Shown: piece by piece, positions 38,168 through 47,024 of the stretch | How the letters are laid out: every line of letters begins with the position of its first letter | Numbering within the stretch: the stretch's first letter is position 1 | DNA from: Veleropilina oligotropha | Lineage: Eukaryota | Direction: 5' to 3' | NCBI GenBank assembly: GCA_048128005.1 | Contig: JBEUKZ010000022.1 | Coordinates: 62,001-126,000 of the forward strand | DNA length: 64,000 nucleotides | Notes under the pieces: generated by a model | Told to the model about the DNA's origin: nothing | What the model saw: the letters and a program-made list of their open reading frames with translations, nothing else | Database searches by the model: none | Position numbers and translations under genes: made by a program

Positions 38168-38596
38168 TTAGGCGAGCTTGTAGGCTACCAACCCGGTCGC
38201 AGCCATCCCCAGGATGATGAAGGTGATCTCACGTCCCTTCTGGCCATCACTAGGCGTGTAGTAGTCAGACAGGGCGGGCTCAGGGCCACCCCCCAGGCCG
38301 GGGTCAAGGTTCTTGCCGGTGATCAATGCATACTCACGGATCGCGGCGTCAACATCCCGGAATGTGCCAACAGCGTGACCCTGGCGGCGAAGTTCAACGT
38401 TCAGCCAATCGAGACGCTCTGCCCGCTTCTGGGACCATTTAGTCTGAGCAGCGTTGAGCTGTTCTACGGCTTTGTCGTGGCGTTTACGCTCCTCGTCGAC
38501 ACCGGAGCTGCGTAGCTTCGAGAAGAGGAAGTTGGACCCGCTGAAGGCGAGGGCGTTGACGAGAGCGCCCCCAACCAGCATTGCAATGGAAGCCAT
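38168..38596 (-). CDS. Conserved 142-aa protein with hydrophobic N- and C-termini and a central coiled coil
   Basis: Conserved in copies A and C; MASIAMLVGGALVNALAFSG and FIILGMAATGLVAYKL. Confidence 0.8.
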   Translation of the reverse strand: MASIAMLVGGALVNALAFSGSNFLFSKLRSSGVDEERKRHDKAVEQLNAAQTKWSQKRAERLDWLNVELRRQGHAVGTFRDVDAAIREYALITGKNLDPGLGGGPEPALSDYYTPSDGQKGREITFIILGMAATGLVAYKLA

Positions 38597-38626
38597 TGAA
38601 ATGCTGCGATTATCTAGCAGGTCCCA

Positions 38627-38866
38627 CTACTTCAAAACGTCGGCCGGTATGATGCCTTGCTTGATCAGCATGTCTTTCGTCGCCATGGCGAGCGCTACGT
38701 CGAGGACGACCATCCCAACATCGTAACCCGTGAAGTCCAGCTTGGGGCTCGCTCCCTTGAATACCATCTTTGTCAGGCGTGCGTAGCCTATGGCGAGGCC
38801 TGACACTATAGCGGCGTGGTATACAGCGTTGCCGAGCATCTTTCCATCAGTGATTGGGGTAGTCAT
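38627..38866 (-). CDS. Conserved 79-aa hydrophobic protein
   Basis: Open and highly similar in all three copies. Confidence 0.8.
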   Translation of the reverse strand: MTTPITDGKMLGNAVYHAAIVSGLAIGYARLTKMVFKGASPKLDFTGYDVGMVVLDVALAMATKDMLIKQGIIPADVLK

Positions 38867-38895
38867 AACTGTTGATTAGTACTATTGATTTGCGA

Positions 38896-39387
38896 CTATT
38901 GCATATGAAAAGGGTTCTGCTTCTTCAATTCGATAGTGGGGGCGGCCCGAGGCTGCCTAGCGTCCGCGTCTGGTGGCTGTTGATGTGGTGTGGATGGACC
39001 AGGGTTGCTGCGTTCTGAGGACGTCTTCCAGACAACAAATACCAACGCAACCGTACCGGCAGCGACGGCTACCTGGGTCCAATTAAATAGGTCCGATTTC
39101 CGTGTATCTGGCGCATGCGGTCTTTCTGCGGCTGGAACCGCCTCCCCGGGCTGTTCTGATGGAACGACAACACTTGTTGGGGCACTCAGGTCTTCTTTCA
39201 ATTTTCGAACCGCGGCCAGTAGCTTCTCCTGCTTGGCTTTTCGAGCAGCAGCGCCGGCCCGACCTGCAGCCACTTTTTTCGGGTCCTTTTTACTCACTGA
39301 TGAGTCCGTCGAAGAAGTCACCCTCTCTATCGGCTGGCTCTCGATCGGCTGGCTCTCGATCACTTGGTCCACTTCCAGCGTTGTCAT
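38896..39387 (-). CDS. ~163-aa protein with a basic helix and one TM segment
   Basis: KKDPKKVAAGRAGAAARKAKQE, FNWT..VAVAAGTVALVFVVWK, NPFHMQ; conserved in copies A and C. Confidence 0.75.
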   Translation of the reverse strand: MTTLEVDQVIESQPIESQPIERVTSSTDSSVSKKDPKKVAAGRAGAAARKAKQEKLLAAVRKLKEDLSAPTSVVVPSEQPGEAVPAAERPHAPDTRKSDLFNWTQVAVAAGTVALVFVVWKTSSERSNPGPSTPHQQPPDADARQPRAAPTIELKKQNPFHMQ

Positions 39388-40057
39388 CTTGATCTCGACC
39401 TCGCTCTGGTATCTTAGGCGGGCAAACATGTCCAAATTGGCAGTGCTTAGCCGTGGTCAACGCTGCGGTCAGCGGTGCGAGGTACATGCCATATTTATAA
39501 TACAGCTCACAGCTTGCAGTGGTCAGGGCATGTGAGATGAACGGGTCGGCCTCCAGGTCGGCGATCAGTCGTAGCTGGTTTGCTGGTGGAATGGGCAGGA
39601 ACATCCCAGCTGCCCCCGCGTAGAGATGAATAGCTGAAGTCCCCAGAGTCTTCGTCACATCGGCACCGAGTTTCGCTTCATACCTCGCGTGGTGCTTTTC
39701 GACCTCGTCGTCAGTCATGTCGTCTATCCGGTCCACTGTGAGGTTACGCCCCATGTATCGGTGGGCCTGTCCTCCAACGGCTAAGGCTGCAAGCCTCTCA
39801 CGCTTTGCCGCGCAAACGGAACTTGCGACTCCACTGTTACTGACAGGTTCCTTGCCATCGGGAGTCAAGCGACAGCTGTTGATGGTCGTTTCTTGTTCGT
39901 CATCCATGAGTTGATCGATGAGGCTGTCCATCCTGAAGCGTTTCCAGCATCGCCTCACCGGTCTAATATAACTGTAAATCCAATACCACAATGTAGCGAG
40001 TAGGAGCAAGATCAGGCTCTGGCTGAAAGCAAAAGCTAGATATACAGCGTCCGACAT
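39290..40057 (-). CDS. Conserved ~255-aa hypothetical protein (start uncertain)
   Basis: KRERLAALAVGG, RYEAKLGA..TKTLG, DLEADPFI, YGMYLAPLTAALTTAKHC conserved in copies A and C. Confidence 0.75.
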   Translation of the reverse strand: MSDAVYLAFAFSQSLILLLLATLWYWIYSYIRPVRRCWKRFRMDSLIDQLMDDEQETTINSCRLTPDGKEPVSNSGVASSVCAAKRERLAALAVGGQAHRYMGRNLTVDRIDDMTDDEVEKHHARYEAKLGADVTKTLGTSAIHLYAGAAGMFLPIPPANQLRLIADLEADPFISHALTTASCELYYKYGMYLAPLTAALTTAKHCQFGHVCPPKIPERGRDQDDNAGSGPSDREPADREPADREGDFFDGLISE

Positions 40058-40098
40058 GCGAGAGCTTGCTGGGCAGCTACTTAGCATCTGCTGGGTAG

Positions 40099-40731
40099 CT
40101 ATAGCACACTATAAGCAACGGGCTGATCAGTTTTCAACAGAAGCTTAGCGTGTCGTGTCTCGGCCAACAGCCGGCGAACCTCGGTCCGTTCATCCTGCGA
40201 CGGGATTACATCGTTCTCGCGCAGACAGTCCTCGAAACTGTCGCGGTCCTTGCAATGGAACAGCGCGACCCAGCGGGTCTGCTCTCTGAGCTCCTTCAAG
40301 ACCGAGTTGTACTTTTGCGTCACTACCCATACGCTCTGGGAAGCATGCCTGCCGCTGAAGGCCAACAAAGTCAGCATGTCCCGTTTTTTTGCCATAGCTT
40401 TGCTGGCGGCGCAGTCGTCGATTATGTACAGAGTCGACTCCCCCTGAAACAGTCGGTAGAACCCCCGCAGCCAGTCATGGAGTCGCTCACCCGGGGGGAC
40501 TAAATACACCTCAGGGTCGGTCCAGATCCACGGACAAGACTGGTATGCCTTGTTGAACTTGATCGTGGGGCAGAGGATCACGATATGCCGGAAGACGCCT
40601 CGATACTCCCCTTCCAGCAGTTCAAGCATGAAAACCGTCTTCCCACAACCGGTCTGGCCGCAGATGATTGCGGAGTGGGGGTCCTTGGTGTGCGGAAATC
40701 GTTTAGTACAGTGCTTCGACGAATCGGCCAT
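40099..40731 (-). CDS. A32/FtsK-HerA-type genome-packaging ATPase
   Basis: Walker A GQTGCGKT, Walker B LYIIDD, SGRH, VWVVTQ. Confidence 0.92.
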   Translation of the reverse strand: MADSSKHCTKRFPHTKDPHSAIICGQTGCGKTVFMLELLEGEYRGVFRHIVILCPTIKFNKAYQSCPWIWTDPEVYLVPPGERLHDWLRGFYRLFQGESTLYIIDDCAASKAMAKKRDMLTLLAFSGRHASQSVWVVTQKYNSVLKELREQTRWVALFHCKDRDSFEDCLRENDVIPSQDERTEVRRLLAETRHAKLLLKTDQPVAYSVL

Positions 40732-42004
40732 TCTCGATATTCAGCTGTGCGTCCATGATCACGAACTCGTAGACGTTCAGTGGACCGGCCGCTTCGGCTG
40801 TTTTAGTGATCTGAATAGTAATGCCTTCGCTGGCGTTCTCGACCCTCCGGCCTGACCCGTGCAACTGATCGTCGTCAGTTACCCGCATATCGATCCAGAG
40901 CGCAAATTTCTTAGTCAGAAATTCGCCCAGGGTGACGTCTGCCATCTCCAAGTCCTTTGCGACCATCGCGACCTCAGGATGCCGCTTACTGCAGCCGGAG
41001 GCGAACATTTTCTTGGCTTCTTCCCAGATCTGGTATGTTCGCATTCCCTGGCTGTAGATTTGATTCGGGACACCCTCGATTGTGACCTCGACCTTTGTGA
41101 TCTTCGGATTATAGAAGGCCTCAGTATCGCGAGAGAATGGCGCGGCGTCTCTTGCAGGGTCCTCGAACAACAGTAGTATTCCTTTCATCGACCTCGCCGG
41201 TACGTTCACATTCATATTCCACAACGAGTCGCTCTTGTCTAGGGTGAGCTTCCGATGCCGGAGAACACGGTCGTACAGGATTACGAGTTGACCCTGGTAT
41301 TGATTTCGAATCCGTCTGGCAAGCTCGGATTGGGTTACCATGTCATATTCGAGGGATATATTGTCGATGGAATAGCTGGAACCGGAGTCGTCCGTCTCCC
41401 GGATAGTCCGGGAGTAGTCGTTGAACGTTAGCTCATACTCGAGACGGTCTCCAAGGGCGCTTTGATAGAATGGCATGTGACTTTCCAACAGCTCGAAATC
41501 CAGCGGGATGCGGAATCGGTTACCGTACGCGGCCGCGACCGCGACATCCTCAGACAGTCTAAAGGCGTCTGCCGCACCAACACGATGCTTCGTAGTGTTG
41601 TGTCCATCGCTGGTATCAATCCCCTGGTACTGGGCGTTCTTGCGCTCCCCGGTGGTCTTCCAGAGATCGCAGTAGCAGTGGTACACGTCGGAGTCGTCAA
41701 TCGACATGATCTCGTTTCCACTTATCTTTATCGTGGTCTTTCTGATCACGGCACGGCCGATATTTTGCACTACAGTCCTATTCGCATTTACCGAGGTCAG
41801 AGAGATGGTAAATGCGAGGTGGGCAGTCCCTGGAACGATCACGTCATTCGCCCCGAGATTAGGGAATCGAACCAGGAGCTGCTGGTTGGCGGAAATCGTT
41901 GATGGATTGTTTGTTATGGTCACCGACTGGCGGATGCCCTTGACCGCGAGGGGCTCACGCAGTCTGCGGTATGGATTAAGCTTGCGTCCGTACACGCTAG
42001 TCAT
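40703..42004 (-). CDS. Putative double-jelly-roll major capsid protein (~433 aa)
   Basis: Beta-rich; TTIKISGNEI, FRIPL, LEYELTFN, NISLEYD, PKITKVEVTIEG, HGSG, VIMDAQLNIENG; size and adjacency to the packaging ATPase. Confidence 0.8.
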   Translation of the reverse strand: MTSVYGRKLNPYRRLREPLAVKGIRQSVTITNNPSTISANQQLLVRFPNLGANDVIVPGTAHLAFTISLTSVNANRTVVQNIGRAVIRKTTIKISGNEIMSIDDSDVYHCYCDLWKTTGERKNAQYQGIDTSDGHNTTKHRVGAADAFRLSEDVAVAAAYGNRFRIPLDFELLESHMPFYQSALGDRLEYELTFNDYSRTIRETDDSGSSYSIDNISLEYDMVTQSELARRIRNQYQGQLVILYDRVLRHRKLTLDKSDSLWNMNVNVPARSMKGILLLFEDPARDAAPFSRDTEAFYNPKITKVEVTIEGVPNQIYSQGMRTYQIWEEAKKMFASGCSKRHPEVAMVAKDLEMADVTLGEFLTKKFALWIDMRVTDDDQLHGSGRRVENASEGITIQITKTAEAAGPLNVYEFVIMDAQLNIENGRFVEALY

Positions 42005-42040
42005 GGCTGAATTAGATGCGTATCCCACTGATGTATTCAA

Positions 42041-43354
42041 ATGGCGGAATTCGAGAACCCCGCATTCGAGCCGGACGATCTCATCGACAACGATGATACC
42101 ATCATCGACGATACTGATGTGGATCTATCCACCGACCGGTTTATGCCTGTTCTTTCGGAACGGTTACAGGAAGGAACCAGCAGTCTTCAGCAAGAGCTCG
42201 TTCAGGGCGTAGTTGACGACTACTACAAAGCCCTGGCACAGGAGGGGCAGACCCCCGCGGCAGGGCGAGATTATTCAAAATTCAAGTATGTGAGGGGAAA
42301 ATTAGGGAGGGGGGGGAAATTGGTGATGACGGACTACCCCGACATCAATCTCATAAATTCTCGCACCGGCAACCCCTTGGCGTTGTCAACAATAGCTGGC
42401 CGGCCTGGTGGGGGTGATGCAATCCGTGAAGGGTTGGGGTTTGTACACTGGACGCGGGGGGGACAAAAGCCGTCCTCAAAAGCGGTTGCAGCTCTTCAGA
42501 CAGCCGACAACGAGTTGAGCGGTGCTGCGGCGAACGTCGAAAACGTAGAACTGCGGGACTTGGGGCAGACTGCTACTGATGCCTCGGTAGCAATCCACAC
42601 GATGGAGACGAAATTCACTGATACCGAGGTTGAAGAGATCTTAGGCACAATGGGGGACCCTCCATTAAATCTTCGCGAGCTTCGCGGACTTGACAAGGCG
42701 ATGCAGACCATCCGAGGCGAACTAACCAACAATCTAGCCAAACTAACGGCGCTGGACGAACACATAGAGCTGGAGAAGATGAAGCTCGATCAGGCAGATG
42801 AAGAGGGCGGTGTGGATGAGTTCATCCGTCGACGGATCGCGGAACGTCTGCGCGACCTGAATGATGAAAGAGCAGCTCGCCTAGAGGCAGCATCATCAAG
42901 CCGGGAGGCCCTTCGCTCTCAAATCAGCCGGATCCGAGAGATGATAAGTCGGATCCTGAACACCGACACAACGCTGGCCGAGCGTATCCGGACCCTGTTC
43001 CGCGAGCAAGGGGTTACGATCGCAACAATACTGACCGCTATCGGGCTCGCCATCTCGACTTTGGTACTAGCCCTGACAGGTGGAGCAACAAGCCCGCCAA
43101 CGCCACCACCACCTCCCAGTGGTCAGGGGGGGGTCAAGGAGTGGGTCAAAAAGCAGCTGCAGAACTTGGGAAGGATTCTAGGCAAACTAGCAGGGAAGGC
43201 CGCAGCCGCGCTCCCAGGAATACTTGGAAGCCTGGTCTCCTGGCTAATCAACCTGATTGGCAAGACAGCATCGTGGCTCGCTGAAAACCTATGGGCACTG
43301 GTCATATCAGTTGGGGGCTTGCTTCTTATTGCCGCTAGACAGTGGGTCACGTAA
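42041..43354 (+). CDS. 437-aa protein: acidic N-terminus, long coiled coil, C-terminal hydrophobic and amphipathic helices
   Basis: Open in copies B and C; GVTIATILTAIGLAISTLVLAL, Pro linker, WVKKQLQNLGRILGKLAGK, LWALVISVGGLLL. Confidence 0.85.
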   Translation: MAEFENPAFEPDDLIDNDDTIIDDTDVDLSTDRFMPVLSERLQEGTSSLQQELVQGVVDDYYKALAQEGQTPAAGRDYSKFKYVRGKLGRGGKLVMTDYPDINLINSRTGNPLALSTIAGRPGGGDAIREGLGFVHWTRGGQKPSSKAVAALQTADNELSGAAANVENVELRDLGQTATDASVAIHTMETKFTDTEVEEILGTMGDPPLNLRELRGLDKAMQTIRGELTNNLAKLTALDEHIELEKMKLDQADEEGGVDEFIRRRIAERLRDLNDERAARLEAASSSREALRSQISRIREMISRILNTDTTLAERIRTLFREQGVTIATILTAIGLAISTLVLALTGGATSPPTPPPPPSGQGGVKEWVKKQLQNLGRILGKLAGKAAAALPGILGSLVSWLINLIGKTASWLAENLWALVISVGGLLLIAARQWVT

Positions 43355-44639
43355 GCCAAATGAACGCTAGGCCAACGACAATGCCGCCCACGATAAGTGC
43401 GGTTTTATCCTCGTCATGTTTGGTTGCCCCAGCTGAAACAGCTGCCACTGGGGCCACAGCCGGCAGAGAGCCACGATGCTTCGGAGTGACCGCATCTGCG
43501 GGTAAGACGGCGTCTTGTGGGATGACCAATCCTGTTTCTCCAGTCTCCCCAGTGGCGTTGAGCGGCACAGGATTGGCCGCGTTCACCGTAGTATTAAGAC
43601 CTAGGGTCTGGGCTTCCGTGGCAACGACGATCTCATTGTTATAACCAGCCACCTGCCCGATCCGAAGGAGCATGTCACTTGGCGCCATGTAAAGGCCGAC
43701 GCCGAATACGAAGTCTACTTTAGACCTGGCATACTGCAAAACGTCCTGGTACCGTTGGATCGCAGCAGGGAGGTCAACGGGGGATGCGATGGCGTCTTCC
43801 ACGTTCGCCAGGAACTGTTTCTGTGCGTCAAATGCCGTCCCACTACCCAGAATACTTGCACGCGTTTGAGCCTGCGCTCCAAGAATAGCCCAGACGTAGG
43901 TCCTGATGGAATCATTGAGCCTTTCCACGCCGGCCCTCGTGAATCCCACCGACCTGTCCAGAATAAAAGTAGCCCAACCGTTTTTAAGCGCAGGCGCTTG
44001 CGCGATGTAGTCCACGTGCAGATTCGTGTTGGTCGTACCTTTGGTGAAGGACATTCGGCTTGGATCATACTCACGTCCGATGGGGTGGTAGCCGTTGTTC
44101 GTCCAGTAGCTGTAAGCGGTGCCTAGTCCGCCGTTGGGACCCTTGACACGCCAGTCGGTATGTGGGGACACTCCGAATTCGCTGCAGATCTTTTCATATG
44201 CCCTTCGGTCATACGGGGTGTCGAATGCATCCCACGTCCGGTCTTGTGGCAGCGGCGCCTGAATCTCGGTCAAGATCCTTCTGACCTGATAGTAGACGTG
44301 GAAGGTGAATACAGCAGTGGAGAGGGCTGCAGTAGCATTCAAGTGGTCTTCTGAGGAGATCCCGGAACCTGTTGTGGCACACCATACTGCGAAGTTGACC
44401 TTGTTCTGCCAGAACCGCATCGGTGTGCTGTGCCAAGCCCTTATCAGCCCGTCACTAGCGACGTGAGGGAGGCGATACTTTTGAAATACGTCGGGGTAGT
44501 CTGCCCCGAATGCAGTGGTTGAGCTATTACCCACATTGATGCTTGGTCTCGTAAGCTGCTCATCTTTGATCTTTGCTGGGTACACCACACCGGTCGGATA
44601 GGCCGCACTCCTATTGAACACAAATGCGCTCTTAGCCAT
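43347..44639 (-). CDS. ~430-aa conserved protein of unknown function with a C-terminal TM anchor
   Basis: Conserved in copies A and C (FWQN.VNFAVWCATTGSG, ERLNDSIRTYVWAILG); ends ALIVGGIVVGLAFIWLT. Confidence 0.85.
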   Translation of the reverse strand: MAKSAFVFNRSAAYPTGVVYPAKIKDEQLTRPSINVGNSSTTAFGADYPDVFQKYRLPHVASDGLIRAWHSTPMRFWQNKVNFAVWCATTGSGISSEDHLNATAALSTAVFTFHVYYQVRRILTEIQAPLPQDRTWDAFDTPYDRRAYEKICSEFGVSPHTDWRVKGPNGGLGTAYSYWTNNGYHPIGREYDPSRMSFTKGTTNTNLHVDYIAQAPALKNGWATFILDRSVGFTRAGVERLNDSIRTYVWAILGAQAQTRASILGSGTAFDAQKQFLANVEDAIASPVDLPAAIQRYQDVLQYARSKVDFVFGVGLYMAPSDMLLRIGQVAGYNNEIVVATEAQTLGLNTTVNAANPVPLNATGETGETGLVIPQDAVLPADAVTPKHRGSLPAVAPVAAVSAGATKHDEDKTALIVGGIVVGLAFIWLT

Positions 44640-44646
44640 AGCTACT

Positions 44647-45387
44647 ATGTTCCACACATTAACAAACGTTCAAGAGGGGACCGCGGTTGCCCTCCTGGAG
44701 CCGATTGATAACCGGGACGGCAAGCTATGTGTCAGCTTGCAGTCGCTCGACTATTGGGTAGGCTGGCACAACGTGCATGCCGGAGCCTTCTTGAAGACCC
44801 CCGATACCACGGTCGACGTGGCACCAGGTTTCTACAGCTTCGATGACCTCGCCAAGACGATGAAGAGGTCGCTAGTTAACCTACAACTAGATGTAAGCCA
44901 TGCTACAGGGCTCGCCCGAATCGTGGTCCCAGAGGGGACTCGACTCGCGATAAGCGACGATATACGAAAACTCCTCGGCTTAGACCTCTCTTCGTTTATT
45001 CTCGATAAAGCAGGGAATCTGAACCAACCGGTTCGGGGAGTACAGGGCCAACCACCTCCCCCTCCGGAGAGATCCGAGTGGCTACGCCCTGGGACTTATG
45101 ACGGGAATAAGCCTGTCGGGTTTGCCATAGCGCCAACCCTACACGTTCACCTGGAGCAGCTCAGTACAACGCACAATGTGAAGGACGGTGCCCCGAGCAC
45201 TATTCTCGCGGTGGTCCCTATCACGTCGCAGATGTTCGGTGAAGCTGGCCACTATCATAGCTATCCCGCCGGCCGGCGACTACAGGCCGGGCTAATCACA
45301 GAGTTGAAGGTGTACGTCACAGACGCAGACAGTAACCCGATCGACAATCACGGCATGCCCATTACCGCAGTCCTTGCGATACAATGA
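44647..45387 (+). CDS. Putative minor capsid protein (penton, single jelly roll)
   Basis: APGFYSF..L, LLG, LHVHLEQL..N..DGAPS.ILAVVPI, ITELKVYVTD..N.IDNHG.PI..VL.I pattern typical of Polinton/PLV pentons. Confidence 0.78.
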   Translation: MFHTLTNVQEGTAVALLEPIDNRDGKLCVSLQSLDYWVGWHNVHAGAFLKTPDTTVDVAPGFYSFDDLAKTMKRSLVNLQLDVSHATGLARIVVPEGTRLAISDDIRKLLGLDLSSFILDKAGNLNQPVRGVQGQPPPPPERSEWLRPGTYDGNKPVGFAIAPTLHVHLEQLSTTHNVKDGAPSTILAVVPITSQMFGEAGHYHSYPAGRRLQAGLITELKVYVTDADSNPIDNHGMPITAVLAIQ

Positions 45388-45746
45388 GCAGCATCTACGG
45401 GACCCTCCCCCTACCCCTGCTTGCAGATGAGCCCTCTTCCCCCCCGACCCGGTGGCACTTTGTCCTTAATTGTGGGGTAGCGCCCAATAAGGGGCTGGCG
45501 AGGAGGGAGTTCATGTTTCCAAACACTAGGGGTCGGTTCGGGTTGAACCCAGCCCTTCTAATGATCCACCTGACGCCGGTCCAGCCGGCCGGGGGCCCCA
45601 AAGCATGTTCCATCAGTAAGCTTGGCCTGAATTCGGACTGGTTGACCCTCGCCTTTGCCATCAAGGCCCCGTGGGTCGGCACTCTGTATTTGAACGTTAC
45701 GGCAGACAAGGGGAATCAACCGCCGGAACAATACAGCCACGTATAG
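45384..45746 (+). CDS. 120-aa hypothetical protein
   Basis: ATGA-coupled to the penton stop; decayed homolog in copy A at 47466-47822. Confidence 0.7.
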   Translation: MSSIYGTLPLPLLADEPSSPPTRWHFVLNCGVAPNKGLARREFMFPNTRGRFGLNPALLMIHLTPVQPAGGPKACSISKLGLNSDWLTLAFAIKAPWVGTLYLNVTADKGNQPPEQYSHV

Positions 45747-46379
45747 ATGGACAACACACCCTCAGCGCCAATGCTGTACCCACAGCTTGGTGGCGATGGG
45801 ATTTCGGAACTGCATGAGGCACAGTCCTTCCGACTACAGAAAGTGAATGAGCTTCAGGGACAATTAGAACGAGAGAGGGACACACGGGCTGCATTATATA
45901 AAAAGTACCGACGAGGTGTTAACGTCATTGACGGGATAGATAACGGGCTAGTCGTCGCCACACTTGGTATGGGTAGCGCTGGAATTGGTCTACTTTCCAC
46001 GATCGTAGCCGCCCCGGTCGTCCTAGTGCTGGAATTAGCGGCATTAGGGTGTGGGCTCGCCAGTATGGGTGGGAAATATATCAGCCGGCGCCTCGGGGTG
46101 AAGGCTAAGAAACACGACGAGATTCGAGTCCTGGCCGACAGCAAGCTGAATACCATAACCGACCACGTCTCAAAGGCCTTATCAGATGGGGTGATGTCTG
46201 ATGATGAATTCCAACTGGTCACAGGGGAGATGGAGAAATACCAAGCCATGAAGGCATCAATCCGGGATAAGAGTAGGAAGGCGCACACCGCGATTTCACA
46301 GACCCAAAGCGAGCTTATTGAGCGTGGTCGTAAAGAGGGTCGCGCAGAGCTGCTGAAAAAAATCGGAGCTGGCGACTAA
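45747..46379 (+). CDS. 210-aa coiled-coil protein with a central hydrophobic hairpin
   Basis: PSAPMLYP, QSFRLQKVNEL, Gly/Ala-rich hydrophobic stretch, KAKKHDEIR; homolog at 47823. Confidence 0.82.
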   Translation: MDNTPSAPMLYPQLGGDGISELHEAQSFRLQKVNELQGQLERERDTRAALYKKYRRGVNVIDGIDNGLVVATLGMGSAGIGLLSTIVAAPVVLVLELAALGCGLASMGGKYISRRLGVKAKKHDEIRVLADSKLNTITDHVSKALSDGVMSDDEFQLVTGEMEKYQAMKASIRDKSRKAHTAISQTQSELIERGRKEGRAELLKKIGAGD

Positions 46380-46461
46380 CTATCCAGGTTGAGCGTAGCC
46401 ACGACTACCCCGCTCCTCCCCCGTATTAAAGCTAGAAATCGACAGTGGTATCTGGACAACC

Positions 46462-46878
46462 ATGAAATCCATGAAATCTATGCTACTGTGTATTGCCGCG
46501 GTGTGCTTTGCCGCGTGGGGTACCACCCAGGCGTCGTCGCGTGACACTGCATTAATTCTTGAACACACGTGGGCTAGGTACCGCAACGACCCCCTGTATA
46601 ACCCCCGATTCGATCACTTGCGAAGAAACTTGCTACGAGACCCACCTCCAGTGCGGGCACCGTCATGTCACTATTTCATTACCGATGGAGAGAACGATTG
46701 TGGCCCAGATCCTAATATCGTTGTGTGTATTGAGTGCGCTGAGCCGTCCTTATGTCACGGTAAACGTGGGCATTATTTCTCCATGTTATCTACGGGCTGC
46801 AGGGGTTCGTGGAATCAGATCGGGCACATCTCGCCCTGCAACTGTACACTAGCAAGCGGTAACTACATATTCATATAA
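46462..46878 (+). CDS. Putative secreted Cys-rich protein (135-138 aa)
   Basis: Signal-peptide-like MKSMLLCIAAVCFAAWG; 8 Cys in the mature region ending in CNC; homolog at 48549. Confidence 0.8.
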   Translation: MKSMKSMLLCIAAVCFAAWGTTQASSRDTALILEHTWARYRNDPLYNPRFDHLRRNLLRDPPPVRAPSCHYFITDGENDCGPDPNIVVCIECAEPSLCHGKRGHYFSMLSTGCRGSWNQIGHISPCNCTLASGNYIFI

Positions 46879-46932
46879 CAGCGGCAATCTCGGGGAATCC
46901 CTGCCTTGAAACATATTTTTCAGGCTTCCCTA

Positions 46933-47024
46933 GGGCCAACCACCCCCGGGGCCTCTCTCGGCCAACCACCCCCGGGCCAACCACCCCCGGGCCAACCATC
47001 CCCGGGCCAACCACCCCCGGGCCA
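46933..47024 (+). repeat. 15-bp GC-rich tandem repeat (GGGCCAACCACCCCC), about 5 copies
   Basis: Direct reading. Confidence 0.9.
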
